Source of the DNA: Okamejei kenojei
Lineage: Eukaryota
DNA length: 64,000 nucleotides
Reading direction: 5' to 3'
Assembly: GCA_035221665.1 (NCBI GenBank)
Contig: CM069151.1
Location: 39,680,001-39,744,000, forward strand
This document shows, in pieces, positions 61,301 to 64,000 of this stretch. The notes beneath the pieces are model-generated. The model did not search any database, was not told the DNA's origin, and was given only the letters and a program-made list of their open reading frames with translations. The translations under genes and the position numbers were made by a program. Position 1 is the first letter of the stretch. Each line of letters opens with the position of its first letter.

Positions 61301-64000
61301 TCCAAATGGTTGCAAAATGTGTCTATTACGTCCAAATGGTTGCAAAAAGTGTCTATTGTGTCTAAATGGTTGCATAAAGTCTCTCTTGGGTCTAAAATGG
61401 TTGCAGAAAGTGTCTATTGGGCTTAAAATGGTTGCAGAAAGTGACTATTGGGTCTAAAATGGTTGCAGAAAGTGTCTATTGGTTCTAAAATGCTTGCTGA
61501 AAGAGTGTCTCTATTAGTTCTACAATGCTTGCTGAAAGAGTGTCTCTATTGGTTCTAAAATGCTTGCTGAAAGAGTGTCTCTATTGGTTCTAAAATGCTT
61601 GCAGAAAGTACCTATTGGTTCTACAATGCTTGCAGAAAGTGCCTCTCTTGGTCTAAAATGATTGCAGAAAGTGTATCTATTGGTTCTAAACTGCTTGCAG
61701 AAAGTGTCTCTTTTGGTTCTAAAATGCTGGCAAAAAGTGTCTATTGGTTCTAAATGGCTTGGAAAAAGTGTCTCTATTAGTTCTAAAATGCTTGCAGAAA
61801 GTGTCTATTGGGTCTAAATGGTTGCATAAAGTCTCTCTTGGGTCTAAAATGGTTGCAGAAAGTGTCTATTGGGTCTAAATGGTTGCATAAAGTCTCTCTT
61901 GGGTCTAAAATGGTTGCAGAAAGTGTCTATTGGGCTTAAAATGGTTGCAGAAAGTGACTATTGGGTCTAAAATGGTTGCAGAAAGTGTCTATTGGTTCTA
62001 AAATGCTTGCTGAAAGAGTGTCTCTATTAGTTCTACAATGCTTGCTGAAAGAGTGTCTCTATTGGTTCTAAAATGCTTGCAGAAAGTACCTATTGGTTCT
62101 AAAATGCTTGCAGAAAGTGCCTCTCTTGGTCTAAAATGATTGCAGAAAGTGTGTCTATTGGTTCTAAACTGCTTGCAGAAAGTGTCTCTTTTGGTTCTAA
62201 AATGCTGGCAAAAAGTGTCCATTGGTTCTAAATGGCTTGGAAAAAGTGTCTCGATTAGTTCTAAAATGCTTGCAGAAAGTGTCTCTTGGTTCTAAAATGC
62301 TTGCAGAAAGTGTCTCTTGGTTCTAAAATGTTTGCAGAAGGTGTCTATTGTTTCTAAATGGTTGCCGAAAGTGTCTATTATATCCAAATGGTTGCAAAAA
62401 GTGTCTATTGTGTCTAAATGGTTGCAAAAAGTATCTATTGTTTCTAAATGGTTTCAAAAAGTGTCTATTGGGTCTAAGATGGTTGCAGAAAATTTCTGTT
62501 GGGTTGAAAATGGTTGCAGAAAATGACTATTGGGTCTAAAATGGTTGCAGAAAGTGACAATTGGTTCTAAAATGCTTTCTGAAAGAGTGTCTCTATTGGT
62601 TCTAAAATGCTTGCTGAAAGAGTGTGTCAAATGGTTGTAAAATGCATGCAAAAAGTGTCTGTATTGGTTCTAAAATGGTTGCCAAAAGTATCTATTGGTT
62701 CTAAACGGTTGCAAAACGTGTGTAATGGTTCTAAAATGGTTGCAAAACGTGTGTATTGGTTGTAAAATTGTTGTAAAAAGTGTGTCTATTGATCCTAAAA
62801 TGGTTGCAGAAAGTGTATCTATTGGGTCTAAAATGGTTGCAGAAAGTCTCTATTGGTTCCAAAATGCTTGCAGAAACTGTCTCTATAGTTTCAAAAATGC
62901 TTGCAGAAATTGTCTCTATTGGTTCTAAGATGCTTGCACAAAACGGCTATTGGTTCTAAATTAGTTGCAAAAAGTGTCTCTATTGGTTCTAAAATGCTTG
63001 CTGAAAGTGTCTCTTGGTTCTAAAACGCTTGCAAAAAGTGTCTCCTGGTTCTAAAATGGTTGCAAAAGGTGTCTCTATTGGTGCTAAAATGGTTGCAAAA
63101 AGTGTCTCTATTGGTTCCAAAATGCTTGCTGAAAGTGTCTCTTGACTCTAAAACTCTTGCAAAAACTGCCTCTTGGTTCTAAAATGGTTTCAAAAAGAGT
63201 CTCAATTGGTTCTAAAGTGCTTGGAGAAAGTGTCTCGCTTCTAAAATGCTTGCAAAAAGTGTCTCTTGGTTCTAAAATGCTTGCAAAAATGTCTCTTGGT
63301 TCTAAAATGCTTGCAAAAAGTGTTTCTTGGTTCTAAAATTCTTGCAAAAAGTGTCTATTAGTTCTAAATGGTTGCAAAACGTGTCTATTGGTTCTAAATG
63401 GTTGCAAAACGTGTCTATTGGTTCTAAATGGTTGCAAAAAGTGTCTATTGGTTCTAAATGGTTGCAAAAAGTGTCTATTAGTTCTAAATGGTTGCAAAAC
63501 GTGTCTATTGGTTCTAAATGGTTGTAAAAAGTGTCTATTGGTTCTAAATGGTTGCAAAAAGTGTCTATTGGTTCTAAATGGTTGCAAAAAGTGTCTATTA
63601 GTTCTAAATCATTGCAAAAAGTGTCTATTAGTTCTAAATGGTTGCAAAAAGTGTATATTAGGTCCAAGTGGTTGCATAAAGTGTCTATTGGTTCTGAATG
63701 GTTGCAAAAAGTGTCTATTTGGTCTATAATGGTTGCAGAAATTGTCTATTGGGACTACAATAGGTGCGGAAAGTGTCTATTGGGTCTAAAATGGTTGCAG
63801 AAAGTGTCTGTTGGGTCTAAAATGGATACAGAAAGTGTCTATTGAGTCTAAAATGGTTGCTGAAAGTCTCTATTGGTTCTAAAATGCTTGCTGAAAGAGT
63901 GTCTCTATTGCATCTAAAATGCTTGCTGAAAGAGTGTCTCCATTGGTTCTAAAATGCTTGCAGAAAGTGTGTCTATTGGTTCTAAAATGCTTGGCTCGCT
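55350..64000. repeat. Satellite array, ~31-34 bp unit GTGTCT(CT)ATTGGTTCTAAAATG(C/G)TTGCA(A/G)AAA
   Basis: More than 100 diverged tandem units, interrupted by the L1; continues past the window end. Confidence 0.97.
55822..59982 (+). mobile_element. 5'-truncated L1-clade LINE (ORF2: APE endonuclease, RT, C-terminal Cys region; frameshifted) with poly(A) tail
   Basis: SWNVKGIN, FIQETH, GGDLN, SRIDYF, SDHAP, LDAEKAFD, RQGCPLSPLLF, LYADD, KYLGI and CDKC; AATAAA at 59958 followed by an A tail; AAAATGCTTGCAGA on both sides. Confidence 0.96.

Noticed and set aside
60094-63845. Many repetitive ORFs (SKWLQKVSIG...)
   Set aside because: Translations of the satellite; the array also has no unique spacers, so it is not CRISPR-like

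Overview
Repeat-rich vertebrate genomic DNA, very probably from a cartilaginous fish (skate or ray), judged from the HE1-type V-SINE and the CR1/Penelope repertoire. Two spliced genes lie on the + strand, reconstructed by hand from GT-AG sites and exon phases. (1) An 8-exon, ~973-aa gene (11140-21549) joins a signal peptide, a B7/butyrophilin-type IgV domain and a transmembrane helix to a cytoplasmic NACHT-LRR module that ends in an NLRX1-like helical bundle. It would be a single-pass cell-surface Ig-NLR receptor with no PYD/CARD, and it has a possible short splice form lacking the NLR part. (2) About 15 kb downstream is a gene made only of the last four legumain exons (the LSAM pro-domain, which has a death-domain-like fold). 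It has its own CpG-rich first exon, no catalytic domain, no signal peptide, and one Cys lost from each of the two disulfides. The rest is mobile DNA: a Passport-like Tc1, a DIRS element with intact ITR/ICR termini containing a near full-length CR1, further CR1 copies, Penelope fragments with hammerhead-like motifs, hAT and Harbinger MITEs, and an L1 inserted in a ~32-bp satellite that appears to follow Helitron-like ends. There is also a G-rich minisatellite and an assembly gap. Homology calls come from remembered family sequences, not database searches.
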